This document shows, in pieces, positions 1-12,727 of a DNA stretch of 64,000 nucleotides. The position numbers and the translations under genes were made by a program. The DNA is from Gracilinanus agilis (taxonomy: Eukaryota), in assembly GCF_016433145.1 (NCBI RefSeq), contig NC_058130.1, forward strand, positions 356,216,062 to 356,280,061, written 5' to 3'. The first letter of the stretch is position 1; each line of letters begins with the position of its first letter. Below the pieces are notes generated by a model. That model ran no database searches and was not told the origin of the DNA. It saw only the letters and a list, made by a program, of their open reading frames with translations.

Positions 1-672
1 AAAATGAAGAGCAGAAAAAAGCAAGGCTCTGTTACAGCAACAAAGGTGGGAAAAAGGCATGCAAATCGTTCTCCTGCTATAGAATGTTCCTAGGAAATAC
101 AACTAACAGCGTATTTTCCAGGAAGTAGGAAAAGGAATAAGCATTTCTTAAGCACTTACTATGTACCAAGCATTATACTAAACCCTTTAATAATAATGTC
201 TCATTTGATATATTCCACTAGAGAAGTATTGTTAGCCCAAAGACCTGCTTTTTGTTTGTTTCCAGACCAAAGAATACTTGCGAATGTTCTCATATTAAGG
301 TCAAAATCTATATAAGACACTCCCTGACTCTATATATTCCTAATCAAGAACACAGTGTTGTCATTAAGGGGGTTAGAACAGGTCACAAATATCCTCCCTC
401 CCAAATTACTTGGCATTTAACTAATTTGTATTTATACACTTTATATTTACATATTAAATATTTTTATGTGTACTTCTCAACTTTATCTGCTCTTTTTCAA
501 TAGGAGTTGTTTTATATTTTTTGTTCTTATATGCAGAGAGAAGGCACTTCATAAATGTAGGATTTTTTGTTTTTGTTTTTTCTTTTTTCAATGGGTATAG
601 GTAGGTCGGATGGAAAAATATAAATGCTTGTAAACTGAAAAATAAATTTTTTAATTAAGAAAGAACTATAAG

Positions 673-874
673 GGGGCAGCTGGGTAGCTCAGTGGATTGA
701 GAGTCAGGCCTAGAGACGGGAGGTCCTAGGTTCAAATCTGGCCTCAGACACTTCCCAGCTGTGTGACCCTGGGCAAGTCACTTGACCCCCATGGCCCACC
801 CTTACCACTCTTCCACCTATGAGCCAATACACAGAAGTTAAGGGTTAAAAAAAAAAAAAAAAAAAAAAGAAAGA
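673..874 (+). mobile_element. SINE1_Mdo-type tRNA-derived SINE, full length, young
   Basis: GGGGCAGCTGGGTAGCTCAGTGG head, core, A-rich tail; 16-bp TSD AAGAAAGAACTATAAG at 657-672 and 875-890. Confidence 0.92.
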
Positions 875-915
875 AAGAAAGAACTATAAGCCCTCCCTTC
901 AGAGAACGGGCTTAC

Positions 916-996
916 TTATCCAGAATGTCACTAGATAAGGCTTTAGGTGACCCTGAAGATAGCAGGAATGCTCAAGTTCCACTGATGCAAAAATTC
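916..996 (-). CDS. Internal coding exon (81 nt, phase 1-1) of an unidentified large gene; (G)IFASVELEHSCYLQGHLKPYLVTFWI
   Basis: Minus strand: acceptor tctattccctttcag|GA, donor TAA|gtaagc; only one open frame, and it matches the phase left by exon 10731-10779. Confidence 0.7.
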
Positions 997-3900
997 CTGA
1001 AAGGGAATAGATGAGACTACATACAGGAAAGGATTAGCTGAATATAATATATGCTTGTGAACATCAGGAAATATTACCAATCTTGTAGAAGCAAAGGCAT
1101 GATGTGCCCCTCCAAAAGTTTTCCATGATCACATACATTTCCTGTATGTGTGACCTTCCGTGAATGTTCTCTGGCTATACATATTGTCCCTATGTATACC
1201 CCAATGTGATTTGTATGCAAATCTATTTGTCACATGAGTGTGTGCAATTTGTGGTAGGGTGAATTCAAAGTTTGTTAGGGAAATGTTATGTTGCAATTTT
1301 ATTATAGTTATATCATTAAATGTTTTTGTTGTAAAAAAATTGATTGATCACAAGCTCTTGTCATTTCCCCCTTTTCTTGGTTAAACTGAAAAATGCTTAT
1401 ATCTGCTAGAAAAACATAATGTAAGTCAGTGTTCAAATGTGTCACATAGAAACAATGTCCTTGAGGATGTTTCAGAAAGCATACCTTTTAGAATTCAGTA
1501 TCCCCAAAATGTTCGGAAGGCATAAACAATGCATCTTGAAGATTCATGATGTACCATGCTTCTCATCTCTAATCAGTATGGCACAATACCATAGGAATCA
1601 GCAGAATTGGAGATATGTCTGTTAGTGGGCAAGTGAATATTTACAAATCTTTACTTGCCACAGAACAAAAAGATATGAAACTGAGACTAAAAAAGCATTC
1701 TAGAAGTAAAACCAAATTTTGAGCAGTACTAGAACCTTAAATGTTCAGCAAATTACAAAACTATCAACCTATATTTGTGCATCTCCTAATCATAAATTGT
1801 TTCTGTAAGTTTAGCAGGTAACCAGTGAGCCCACTACAATCTCATAAGACACCACCAACAAGTTCTAGCTCTGCTGACCTGAAATGACTACACAAACTAG
1901 GTCATAGGTCAACTAGCTGGAAACCTGATTGGATGAGCAATGATCTCAAATGACTAGCTAAAGAAAATAAGATATCAATCATACCCGAAATAAAAATCAA
2001 TATCTTGTCCCTACCGATCTTTTCAAATACATGCAAAAAAGGAAATAATCATGGGCTTAACAATGAAGTAATTAACTAAGACTCTTTAGAAGTATATGAG
2101 AACTGGCATTCTCTTAACCTGCTACACACTATCACTGGGAACAAGAAACAGTTATCATTCTCTGTGCTCTAATCTTCCTATACCAATGAAAAGACTCCCT
2201 ACCCCAGTCATTGCTCCCTTGAGGTAAAGGATGCTCCTTCTCCAAATTTCACAGAAGCATGGATGCCTGTAAAGAGACTTAAAGACACCCTGAGGTGGGT
2301 TGGCTTGTTTGTTTTTACCTTATGAAAGGGAAGTAAATTGTCAAACCTTCATTGTTGTCTGCTTATAAGATTTTCCAGGTATCTTCCATACACGTCATAC
2401 AAAAGATAATATATGTAGCATATTATAGTTAGGAAATAAGAAAATTTGCTCCCAACTTTTTGCTTCTTTCTTCAGTGTTTTTAAACCTCTCAAGACTATT
2501 TTCACAATAAAAGAAACCTCTAAAGCAGTTTTAAAGCACAACAAAAATAGAAAGTAATCAAAAAATTAAAAGGGAGGAGAAATGTTATTAAAATATATTT
2601 ACCTATGTGTCTACGTTGGCATTAAAATCAAATTCTGACCCCTAAATTAGTGCTGTTTTCATCAACCAGCAGATGTCATCATTCAGGTCATCACATGGCC
2701 TGAACCTCCTCTAGACAAAAGAATGCCACCTAGACAATACACCAAATCTTCCTTGACAAGAGAAAAGATGAAAGGTGGGAGATGCAGAGGAAAGAGAAAA
2801 ATCTGGTATTTTCTCAGTCATACTGTCAAACCCAGCTCTTATCAAATAAGATTCAAGAATTTCTTTTAATTAGAAATATTTATTTTACTCCATGTTTTGT
2901 TCTAAGAGGCTTTGGTCAACTGTGAATTCTTTAATCAACAGCTTGCTTTCAGTTTGTTTTTTTTATTAAGTCCTTAAAAGAAGTAGCCTAACATGTAAAC
3001 ATGTTATTTGTGCTGTCACCTCTATCTTAATGCAGAATAAAATGGAAGAAATGCAATATTAAGTGAGAGAGATACAAGAAGGAGTCATATTTGAAGCAGG
3101 TAAATAAATATATAATTAATCAAATTCATTTTGAATTTATCATTAATTAATATTGTCAAAGTTCTAAGTGATGTGGACTTCCATTCTCCTTATCACTCAT
3201 TAAATGAAAATATAATTTTTGTTTTTATGGCTATGTATGAACATACATATTCCAAAACATGGAATCCAAAAATCCAAATCTTTATTTTACCCTTCTGTGC
3301 TGTCTTTAAATGGTCTATTACTTTTGCAGTACAGTACTTATATCAGGAAGCTGTATAACCACATAAACACTAACTATTAAAAATAACACAAAAAGGACAT
3401 GACCCAAGGAAATTATACACCAAAGATACAAGATAAAAATATGCAAGTGGAAGAGAATTGGGGGGCTAGGGGAGAGGACACGACTCACTAACTGAACTTT
3501 TTCCCTCCTGTAGTTCATTTGCTAATTTACAGTGACTTCAAAAAAAATCTTAAATTTTCAATAATGGATTTTGGCAGATTTGTGATGTAGGAGGTTGCTC
3601 CCCATATACACAAAAGTATGAAAGGAGGTCAAGGTAAATCTTTATTGTAAACAAATAGCATCTTTATTTTGTTTACCACCTTACACCTCTGAAATTCAAT
3701 AAATGGTGGTTTGGAGAGGAGAGAAAGAAAAGAAACATCTAAGAAAGGATTCCCCAAAAAGGATCTTTATGACCAAAGTAAATATACTGGGTTTGACAGA
3801 AGCCTGTCAAGAATAACTAAAAAAAATTCTTAAGTTACAACCTTTTGGTTAAAAAAAAAGATTGACATTGAAATAAATCAAAGAAAGTGACACCCTCAAA

Positions 3901-4427
3901 ATAATGGAAAAACTTATAAAAACAAATGAACACATTAAAAAGGAACTGTGGATTATGGGTAATGGGGACATCAACTTAAGTCTTTTTTTTTTTTAAGGAG
4001 CATATGTTTTAGAAACTTAAGAATCACAAAACACGTTTTGGATTTAGAGAACTCAAGTTTCCAGCTGCCTTTACATGTGCTCCTTTTGTTAAGGCTCCTT
4101 CCATACCAAAGCCTTTTGTCCAGCTCCAACACCCAGCTCACCTTACTGGAAAGTCTCTTGAGGTTTTTGTCAGCTGTTCATATGATAAGCAGCTGGGAAG
4201 TATGGAAAAAACATTAACTATTGACTGAAAATTAATATGGGCAAGAGTTTTACCATTTGTTATGAATAAAGATAAAAATATAAACAATTAAAATTTAACA
4301 ATCATCACTAAACACCTATTCAGAAAGTTTTAACTATCACTAATCCATATAGTCACAAAATAGAATTAATCAACACCTTTTGAAAAAGGGAGAAATCCTA
4401 CTTAGAGGTATGACCTTAAAAAAAAAA

Positions 4428-4703
4428 GTCTTATTAAGGAGGAAAGTGTAAAGGCTATTCACAGGTCCAGGCCCAATCCCACTATGGACTGGCCCAGGAA
4501 CTCTGTCTTGATCCATTTCAGGTCTGGGCCAGTCAAGCTCCTCCTTAAGCAATCTGGTGGCCCACCATATTGATGCCAATCTTAGAGCAGATATCTGATC
4601 TGCATAGCCTACTGCAGGTTGAAACTCCTAGGAGCTTAAGAGATCAGCTAGCTTTAGCTTCCCTAGTAGGCTGGGATTACAGGAAGGCACCACCATGCTT
4701 GGC
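4428..4703 (-). pseudogene. RN7SL: 7SL (SRP) RNA retrocopy, near full length, diverged, with internal deletion
   Basis: Reverse complement follows 7SL along its length: GCCaaGCatGGTGGtGC..CCTGTAATCCCAGC..., GGCATCAATATGGTG, CCACCAGaTTGCtTAAGGAGG, TAGTGGGAT, CCTGTGAATAGCC; ends in a T-run. Confidence 0.87.
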
Positions 4704-4868
4704 CTAAAAGCTAGTTATTAAAGGAAGAGCTTCTATTAGAGGAATTAAGCAAGTCAAGGAGTTCTTCCCTGGCTAGGGAGTATAAAAGTACCAAAGGGAT
4801 AATACCAATGTAACCTAATGTCAAATTTGTACATGCAAAAACAAAGCTTCTTTAAAATACATTATTTT

Positions 4869-4970
4869 AGGGGGCAACTGGGGAACTCAGTGGATGGAAA
4901 GCCAAGCCTAGAGACAGGAGGTCCTAGGTTCAAATTTGGCCTCAGACACTTCCTAGCTGCGTGACCAAGC
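4869..4970 (+). mobile_element. SINE 5' half (SINE1_Mdo/MAR1-like), 3' truncated
   Basis: GGGGGCAACTGGGGAACTCAGTGG...GGTTCAAATTTGGCCTCAGACAC...GTGACC. Confidence 0.75.
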
Positions 4971-5349
4971 CATGTTTATGATACACGTTTCTGCAGAAAA
5001 GATTGAAAAATGAAACTCCTTCCGTTAGATTGTCTTTTAGATGATTTGAGGTAGTATCTGACAGGCTTCCTAAAAGAAGTGAATGGTGGCATGATTTTTC
5101 AATAATGGAAAGAAAAGAACTTAATTTGATAAAAAGTTGGAAAAGTCACTAAGCAGTACAACTTTCTAACTTATGTATATTCTGTATAGCATCTTATGCA
5201 TTCAACAAACACTTGACAAACATAAAACAAAATAATCAGGCTTCAATTCTAATCTGCTAAAAAGGAAATATAGAAATCAGCTTTAGAATGAACATTTATT
5301 CTTAAGCTCAAATCTTAATACTATATGTTAAAATCTTGGCAATATGGAA

Positions 5350-6520
5350 ATGCATCAACAAACATTTATTAAGTGCTTCCCATGGTGCCAGGAACTGTGC
5401 TAGGTCCTAGGAATACAAAGACTGTAAAACAGTCTTAGTGCTTACTTTTTATTAGGGAAGACAAGCATGTACGTATATATGGAGAGAACACATATAAGGT
5501 AGTTTTGGATAGAAGAACTAGAGAAATCTGGAAAGGCTTCACACAGAAGAAAAAGCTTGACCTGTGTCTTGAAGAACACTAGATATTCCAACAGATGGAG
5601 GCAAACAAGGAAAGCATTCCAGGTACAGAGAGAGCCAAGAGCAAAGGCATTAAGGGAGGAGAAGAAATGTTATGCAGAAAGAACCATAAGAAAATAAGCT
5701 CAGCTGGATAGCTCAGTAGGGCAAGGAGAATAATGTAGAACAAAACTGCAAAGATTAAGTTGGGGCTAACTTTTAAAAGAGATTCAAATGCCAAACAAAG
5801 GAATCTATTTTTGATCCTAGAGGTAATGGGGTGACCCTGGAGTATTATTACTTGATAAACTAATAATAAACATTAATATAAGACTAAATAAAAGTGCTAG
5901 GGTCATTTTAGCAACTGTGCATTATATAGAGTGGACTGGAATGGATAGACACTTAAAGCAAGGAGATCAATTACAAGGCTACTGGAATGGCATTTGCTGG
6001 TAAGGGTCTGGATGGTGGCTGTGAGAATGGAGATGAAGAGAAGTTAAGCAAGAGGTGTTGGTGAGTTAGAAATGATAAGATTTGCCAACTGATTGGAAAG
6101 TATGGTATCTGGGTTCTAAAGTGGAAAACCTAGAGCACTGGAAAGCCATAAATAAGGAGTTCAGAAGGGGGTGGGCTTGGTGAAAAAGATAAGTTGTTTT
6201 CAACATACTGAGTTTGAAAAGCCTATGAGACATACAGTTTTAAATGTCCAAAAAACAGTTGATGATGTGCAAATATAGTTCAGGAGAGAGACTACAGCTG
6301 GATATATATAGTTGCCATCTGCAGTGATATGATAAATAAATCCATGGGAAATGATGAGCAAGAAAATCTTGAGTGAGAAGCCAAAGAGGGCCCCACAGTT
6401 AAGGAAGACGGATGTGGATGATAATCCATCCAAGGAGAAAGAGAAACAGCTGTCAGGTAGGAGGAAACTCAAAAGAGACCAGTAACACAAAAACCCAGAA
6501 AAGGAAGTCTATCTAGGAAG
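5350..6520 (-). mobile_element. L2 LINE 3' fragment
   Basis: Begins AACAAACATTTATTAAGTGC (reverse complement of L2 3' end), then purine-rich antisense L2 body. Confidence 0.7.
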
Positions 6521-6754
6521 AGAACTATCATAAACTTGTGGATCATTCTGAAGTTTTCAGCAAGGCAGCAAATTTACTTACCTCTTGAAACACAAAAACT
6601 TTTAAAAAATTATTTTGGTATGGAAATATCTCTACAACGTATTATGTAATTTTCAGCAGAATATATGGAATTCTCACTATAATATATGGAAAATAATTTA
6701 ATCTTTTCTTGATTATTAGTGGTTATCAATGAATATCAATTATTTTATTACAGC

Positions 6755-6960
6755 ACTTTATTACCAGAGCAGGTGGGGACACAGTGGATAGAGCTCTGGG
6801 CCTGGGGTCAGGCGGACCTGTTTCAAATCTGGCCTTGTTTGCCTCTGTTTCCTCCTCTGTCAAATGAGTTAGGGAAGGAAATGGCAATTGATTCCAGTAT
6901 CTTTGTGGAAAAAACCTCAACTGGAGTCACAAAGAGCTGGAAACAACTGAAATTATTAAC
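6755..6960 (+). mobile_element. CORE-SINE (MAR1/MIR-like)
   Basis: GGGACACAGTGGATAGAGC head, CTCTGTTTCCTCCTCTGTCAAATG core, RTE-like tail GAGCTGGAAACAACTGAA. Confidence 0.7.
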
Positions 6961-6972
6961 AAAAACTATATT

Positions 6973-7152
6973 GGGGCAGCTGGGTAGCTCAGTGGAGTGA
7001 GAGTCAGGCCTAGAGACAGGAGATCCTAGGTTCAAACCCGGCCTCAGCCACTTCCCAGCTGTGTGACTCTGGGCAAGTGACTTGACCCCCATTGCCCACC
7101 CTTACCAATCTTCCACCTATGAGACAATACACCGAAGTACAAGGGTTTAAAA
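6973..7152 (+). mobile_element. SINE1_Mdo-type SINE
   Basis: Full head and tail; TSD AAAAACTATATT on both sides. Confidence 0.92.
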
Positions 7153-7639
7153 AAAAACTATATTACCAATGATGCTGTCAAAGCCTTCTATAATCTTCAA
7201 TTCTGTTATTCATTTCTTATGGTTTCAATGAGTCTTTTTCTGTCAGGAAATCCCTTTTTTTTTTCACTTAAGAAAAATCTAGTTTCTCTCCCTCCTAACT
7301 CCCCCTCCCAAAGATGAAAAAAGAAAAGTCCTTGTAACAAGTATACAGTCAAGCAAAACAGAGCCATGTCAAAAACTGGCTCATTTTGCACTCAGGAGTC
7401 ACTTTTTATAGCTGTCAGTATGTCTACCTGTTACTAACTCCTCCTTCATTTTTAATATGTTAGTTTGAATTTGGTATAGGTTTATAAAACAAAAAAATCA
7501 AGCTATACAATTTTCCATAAAGCAATCTGTCCCACTCTCCTCCTCCTCTTCAATTCTGAACCCAATTTCTTGGCATTATCTATCCATGGTATATATACTG
7601 ATAGGCAAAGTTCTATAAGAGCAAAGATTTGGTGTGATC

Positions 7640-7860
7640 AATAATTATGATTCATCCATGTCTTTTCCTGTGTAGATGGCTACGTCAAATTCTCAAATGG
7701 TCATGGATCGTGTTCAGGAGGTTCTAAAATGTTCTGGAGTTTGATGCAACAAGCATCAATATATATCAGAGCATCAATATACATCAATATAACAGAGCAA
7801 CTATCTTTGGCAAACATCTGTCTCTGTTTTGTGCCTCAAATGGAATTAATAATCAGAAGG
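7640..7860 (-). mobile_element. Degraded RTE-type LINE reverse transcriptase fragment
   Basis: Minus strand gives frameshifted MFAKD.VAL (compare LFADDxxL), then LQNILE...EKTWMN (compare GKTKWM). Confidence 0.4.
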
Positions 7861-9189
7861 TTGCTGGATATGGTTTATCTATGATGGGGTATCTTTCACT
7901 AAGTCTTAAATATTTTTATATATAACATATCTATCTATCTATATATGGAAGACAACTTATGGTAACATAGCCTTTAAGGCATGTTTTATTCTTCTGAATC
8001 AAAACCCCTTTTAGAGTAAAAAAAAACAGTCACAGTGAGATCTTACATTCACTAAATCATTCATCAAAAGTTGTATGATGGCAAAGATATGAACTAAAGG
8101 GTAAGATCACTTGCAAAAAACTGCCTGTAGCCTACTAATATCTTTCACATAACTGTCTTCACTGGGTATGTAGATTACAAGTATTATTAAGACAAAAAGC
8201 ATATCAACAATCAAGTTATAAGATCAGATATTTGATGTTTATTAGTCAGCTTCTTAAAGTTCAAGATTTTTTTCCACATATTTGTTTATCATCACCTCTT
8301 TCCAATACCTTGTGAACTAATCTTTCAATGTCTTTGACAGTGTAACTCCTCTAGCATAGATCTCCTCTAAGTATATTTGATTTAATCCAGTTTTCCCAAC
8401 TAGTTCTCTTTTATAACATGTTTCTACCTCCTCTAACACCCAGAATGGTAATATTAAGAACATAACTAACTCTATTTTCCTTGATGGTGGAAAAAAATAT
8501 TATAAAAATCTTTGCATGTCTTTGTCCATTTTTCTTAGTCATTCTTCCAGTTTCATCCTTAAATATCTTTGATGTGACTTTTACATATAGTTGGCTCTCT
8601 CACTAAACTTCCTTTAAATTTATTTTCTTTCTCTCCTTTATGTTTTGTGAGGTGATGTTGCTCAAAATCAAGTCACTATCTTTTTATCTGTAAGACTTTA
8701 ACAATGTTGCCCTTGTTAACTCTTTGGAAAGTAAAACATTTATCAACATGTGCTTTTAAGATTCTTTTTGTCTCCTCGGTATAATAATTCATTGAGTTAA
8801 GTTAAAACTTCTTATGATATTATTGGTGCTAATAGTCTATTGTCTTTTATCATCCCTATCTCATTTTTGTCATGGAAATTGTACTTATTCTGCAAGTCAT
8901 ATTTTTTTCTTTAATTTCTTCTCAAGAACTAGTTGGGAAAGCTAGATTAAACTAATTTTGATGTTTAGTAAATCAGTGGTCTCACTGATGTTAATCTAAT
9001 TCAAGAATAACTACCACAAGAGTACTGAATGAATACACTCCCCTCTATTGCAATGCAATCAATTTCTTTAAAAAATACTCTTCAGTGCTCAAAATATTCA
9101 GCATCTTCCAATTCTTTTCTTGAAGAAAATTCAATGCTACATTGTTATGAGACCTGTGAATAATCTTTGCCATCTAATAGAGGGGAGAG

Positions 9190-9430
9190 AAGGGAAGGGG
9201 AAGTAAGGCTTTATTGTTATGTGCTAAGCAATGTTGTAAACACTTTGCAAACATTTCATTTGATCCTCACAGCAACTCTGGGAGGTAGGTCCTATTATTA
9301 TTATCTTCATTCTACAGAGGAGGTAGCTGAGGTAGACAGAGGTGAAGTGATTTGTTCCCAATCACATGGCTAGCGTCTGAGGCCAAATTTTAACTCCGGT
9401 CTTCCTGACCCCAGGCCTAACTACTACAAC
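9190..9430 (-). mobile_element. MIR/MAR1-like SINE
   Basis: CATTTGATCCTCACAGCAACTCTGGGAGGTAGG...GAAGTGATTTGTTCCCAATCACATGGCTAG. Confidence 0.65.
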
Positions 9431-10730
9431 ACTCAACTCTACCATTAATAATATTAATACTATTTTTTCTTTTATAAAAAAGCATATGTTTTACAAATGC
9501 GATATAAACATATTTTTATTATTGAATGTTTAATTCTTAATAGATTATGTTTTAATAAAGCAACCTAAGGTTTACAAAGTCTTTTCTTCATTATATTATT
9601 CTGTGAGTAAAGTAGTATATATGATAAAGTGAATGTGTGCACCACACACTTTCTAGCTCAGGAAACTGAAACTCAGTGACACTAATCAACTTACCCATAG
9701 TGCATGACATAACGATTAATTATCTATTAATTATTAAACTGGCCCATGACTCAGGTCTTCTCAATCTAAGACAAATGTGCTTTATATTACTTCTTAACTT
9801 TTATCACTTCTATTAGTTTAACAAAAAGGGTTTGTGGCTTATCAATTTTTTTCTTCTCAAGATGAAACTAAATGGCAAGAAAGGTTTTTGGCTTCATTTG
9901 TTTAAAAATTATGCCTGATTAACATGTCACAAAGTCACATTCCATTTAGATTTTGTATCTACATTATTTATCTTCCACATTATAGCATATACCCCAAATT
10001 GTTCATGAATGTGGGAAACTATGAAAATGAAGTTATAAATTCTTTTTTAAGCTATATTCAGGATTTGCAAGATCCATTACCTCAATTAAATTTTACTCAA
10101 CCAACCAAAATTAAAATTTACTCAACCAACATTACAGAGAACTGCCAAAAATGAAGCAAAGCCTAGGAAAGGAATCATAAAGCAAGTGTGTAACACTTTT
10201 TGCATATATTTTACTAATGACTATAATCTCATTCTTTAGAATTGAACAGAACAACATTCAGTTGAATAAAATTTGAAGAAAAAATTCATAAGATCAATAT
10301 CTGTCAGAAGAAAATATATTTTGTTGTTCCTTTTTTCCTCTTCCATACAGTAATCAGGAGGCTATGACCCATTAACCTAATTCAGGAAAATCATCTATTG
10401 CTTTACATGGTTCCTTTAAAAAGAACTGAATCTTTATTTAATCAATGCAGACCATAAGTTCTATTTCAGCAAAGTGACAGATACTTAGAATTGTGCAGCT
10501 TAATCTTTAGCCTGCCAATATTCTAAGTTTTGGTTAAATCAGTAGAGTAACCTCAGAAATATCACCTCTTAATATAGTTCTGCATGGAATCCCTTAAACC
10601 AATTCCAGGGCATGGGGGTAAAAATACTTAATATCCCAGGAGTTAAGCAAATGTTTCCCAAGTGCCATGTCTCTTCAAATCCTGTTTCAAAAGGGACAAT
10701 ACAGGCTTCTTTCCCACCTCTTCCTCTTAC

Positions 10731-10779
10731 CACCTTCATTTTTTCTGTGCCCTGAACTGCGTAGATGTAATCCCAAAAT
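10731..10779 (-). CDS. Internal coding exon (49 nt, phase 0-1); ILGLHLRSSGHRKNEG
   Basis: Acceptor tatgtttccccacag|AT, donor GTG|gtaagag; open frame bridges phase 0 of exon 36989-37081 to phase 1 of exon 916-996. Confidence 0.68.
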
Positions 10780-12164
10780 CTGTGGGGAAACATATGGAAA
10801 CTTGCCCACTACTAGTCATTATTGCACTGTTACCCCAAAGGTTTAAACAATTCTGAATGCAAACAAAATAACCCAATCATTTGTAAAATATTTTCTTCCT
10901 TACCTACTAATAATAGTTCATTCTCTTTGCAAATCCAAATAAGGGTCTACTGGTTTTCTGTCTTTTGCTACAGAATAACTTTTTCAACAAAACTGAAGAA
11001 AACAATACATGTCATTCCTAAATTCCATTTAATTTTCCTACTAATTACAGTTTCTAGGACAATGGAAGACTATTTACTCTTATTCTGTACACAATTCTAA
11101 CAAGCATAGCCTTTTCTTTATAGTTTCTAAGATAAAAACAGATCACAATTAGAATAAAAAGGAAGAAGTAGCTGCTACAGATGGATATTTAGAACAGTTA
11201 AGAAGTGACACGTCAGTCATTCTTTTTTGAAAACAGAAGTGAGAAATAATATCAGAAATTATGAATGTTACCAAAGGTCTAGTGGATTAGCACCCAGATA
11301 TATATTTTTACCTTCTGTATTAGATTAAGAAGATCACGGACAAAGTAGAGCAGCAAAGGGTAAATGAATTATTATGGATACAGCTTTTTTGCTCAAAAAA
11401 ATTTTAAATGCCTACAGCCCTTTTCTTTGCTTTGCGACCCATAAGAAAGCCATATAACACAAACCACACCAACATTTAAATTTGTAGTTTGGGTCATGTC
11501 TATTAGAAACAGACCAGCTATTATATTGCATTTCATACTCAATTTTCCTCCCATAACTATGTCACTCATTTTTCCCCAAAAATTTCTCCCCCCCCAAAAA
11601 AAAACAACAAAAGAGTCTAGCAGGTGGGCCTTTATTTGCCATAACATACTTGTTCCAACTGACTACATCTGTTCTACCAAGAAAGATACTAACATTCATT
11701 GTATGACATGAAGCAGCACTATACATTTTATAATGTTCATGTTCATGGGTAGACAGTTATTCATATGAAAATAAAACACATAGTACATTATTTTAGTTCC
11801 ACAATAAGGGGGCCAAAAGAGCCCAAAAATGGCCTTAACCAGCTAACACAAGCTCCTTTACAGTGAGACATGGTTGCCAAGAGCAACTGAAGTTGAAAAT
11901 GCAAACTTATTTGTAAAACATTGTGAAAAGAGGATGTGAAAAGGCTATAAGATCCATCACCTCAGAAAAAAGTCTATAGAAAGCTAGTGAAATATATAGC
12001 GAAGTCACAAGCATTCATATATGAAACTGGCAGAAAGACAACAAAATGACAGAAAACAAAATATACATCAATATTTCTTTAACAGGTTTTTATCATCAAT
12101 TACTGTGGAACAATCAGATTTAGATTAAGACTTCAGATTTTGATAAGTAAATAGGAAATAGAGA

Positions 12165-12330
12165 GTCACAGTCAATAAACATGTATTAAGTGCCTACTGG
12201 GTGCAGGCCACCATGCTACACCCTAGGAATACAAAGAAAGGCATGATATAGTCCCTGCCCTTGAAGAGCCCACAATTTAATGGGGGAAGACAGTTTCAAA
12301 GAGCTAAAAAAAGGACTGAGGGAAGGTGCT
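12165..12330 (-). mobile_element. L2 3' end
   Basis: CAGTCAATAAACATGTATTAAGTGCCTACT...GTCCCTGCCCTTGAAGAGC. Confidence 0.7.
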
Positions 12331-12727
12331 TGGCTCTGAGCATGATGAAATCCTTCAATCAGGATGGAAAATGATGAGGTGATTGTTCTGTGCACTTGAC
12401 TCCACTTAACTGGTAAAGAAAGTGAGAGTTGCTTTCCAAAGCCCATCCTCTACCTTTCCAATGAGAAAAGAGGAAGGGGGCCCAGAGGCTGAGATGCTGG
12501 GGAGGTGTGAGGCTCAGTGTTGACATTATCTTATTGGATGATACATTTCTAGAGATCATAAAGTCTAGGAGAACAGTGAGGGAACAAATGATTAGGTTGG
12601 TATCTTGGGTGAATGGCCCATAACAATTCAATCAGGAAAAGTGAATGGCCCAGACTAAGAAGACATCAGAAAATAGTGATATCGGATATCACTACCCAAA
12701 AAAATTGAACTTATTATCGATCCAGTA

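Noticed and set aside
6582-6635. Donor GAG|gtaagt with short open frame IFPYQNNFLKVFVFQE
   Set aside because: No pyrimidine tract at the acceptor; phase does not fit the chain
9040-9175. Good minus-strand acceptor followed by a 42-codon frame
   Set aside because: No convincing donor; borders a MIR-like SINE
2390-11215. ACACGTCA (XBP1/CREB3-like) motifs at 2390 and 11208; also YY1-like AAATGGCGGC at ~42997 and ONECUT-like CAATCGATAA at ~26711
   Set aside because: Short isolated motifs expected by chance in 64 kb; no conservation data
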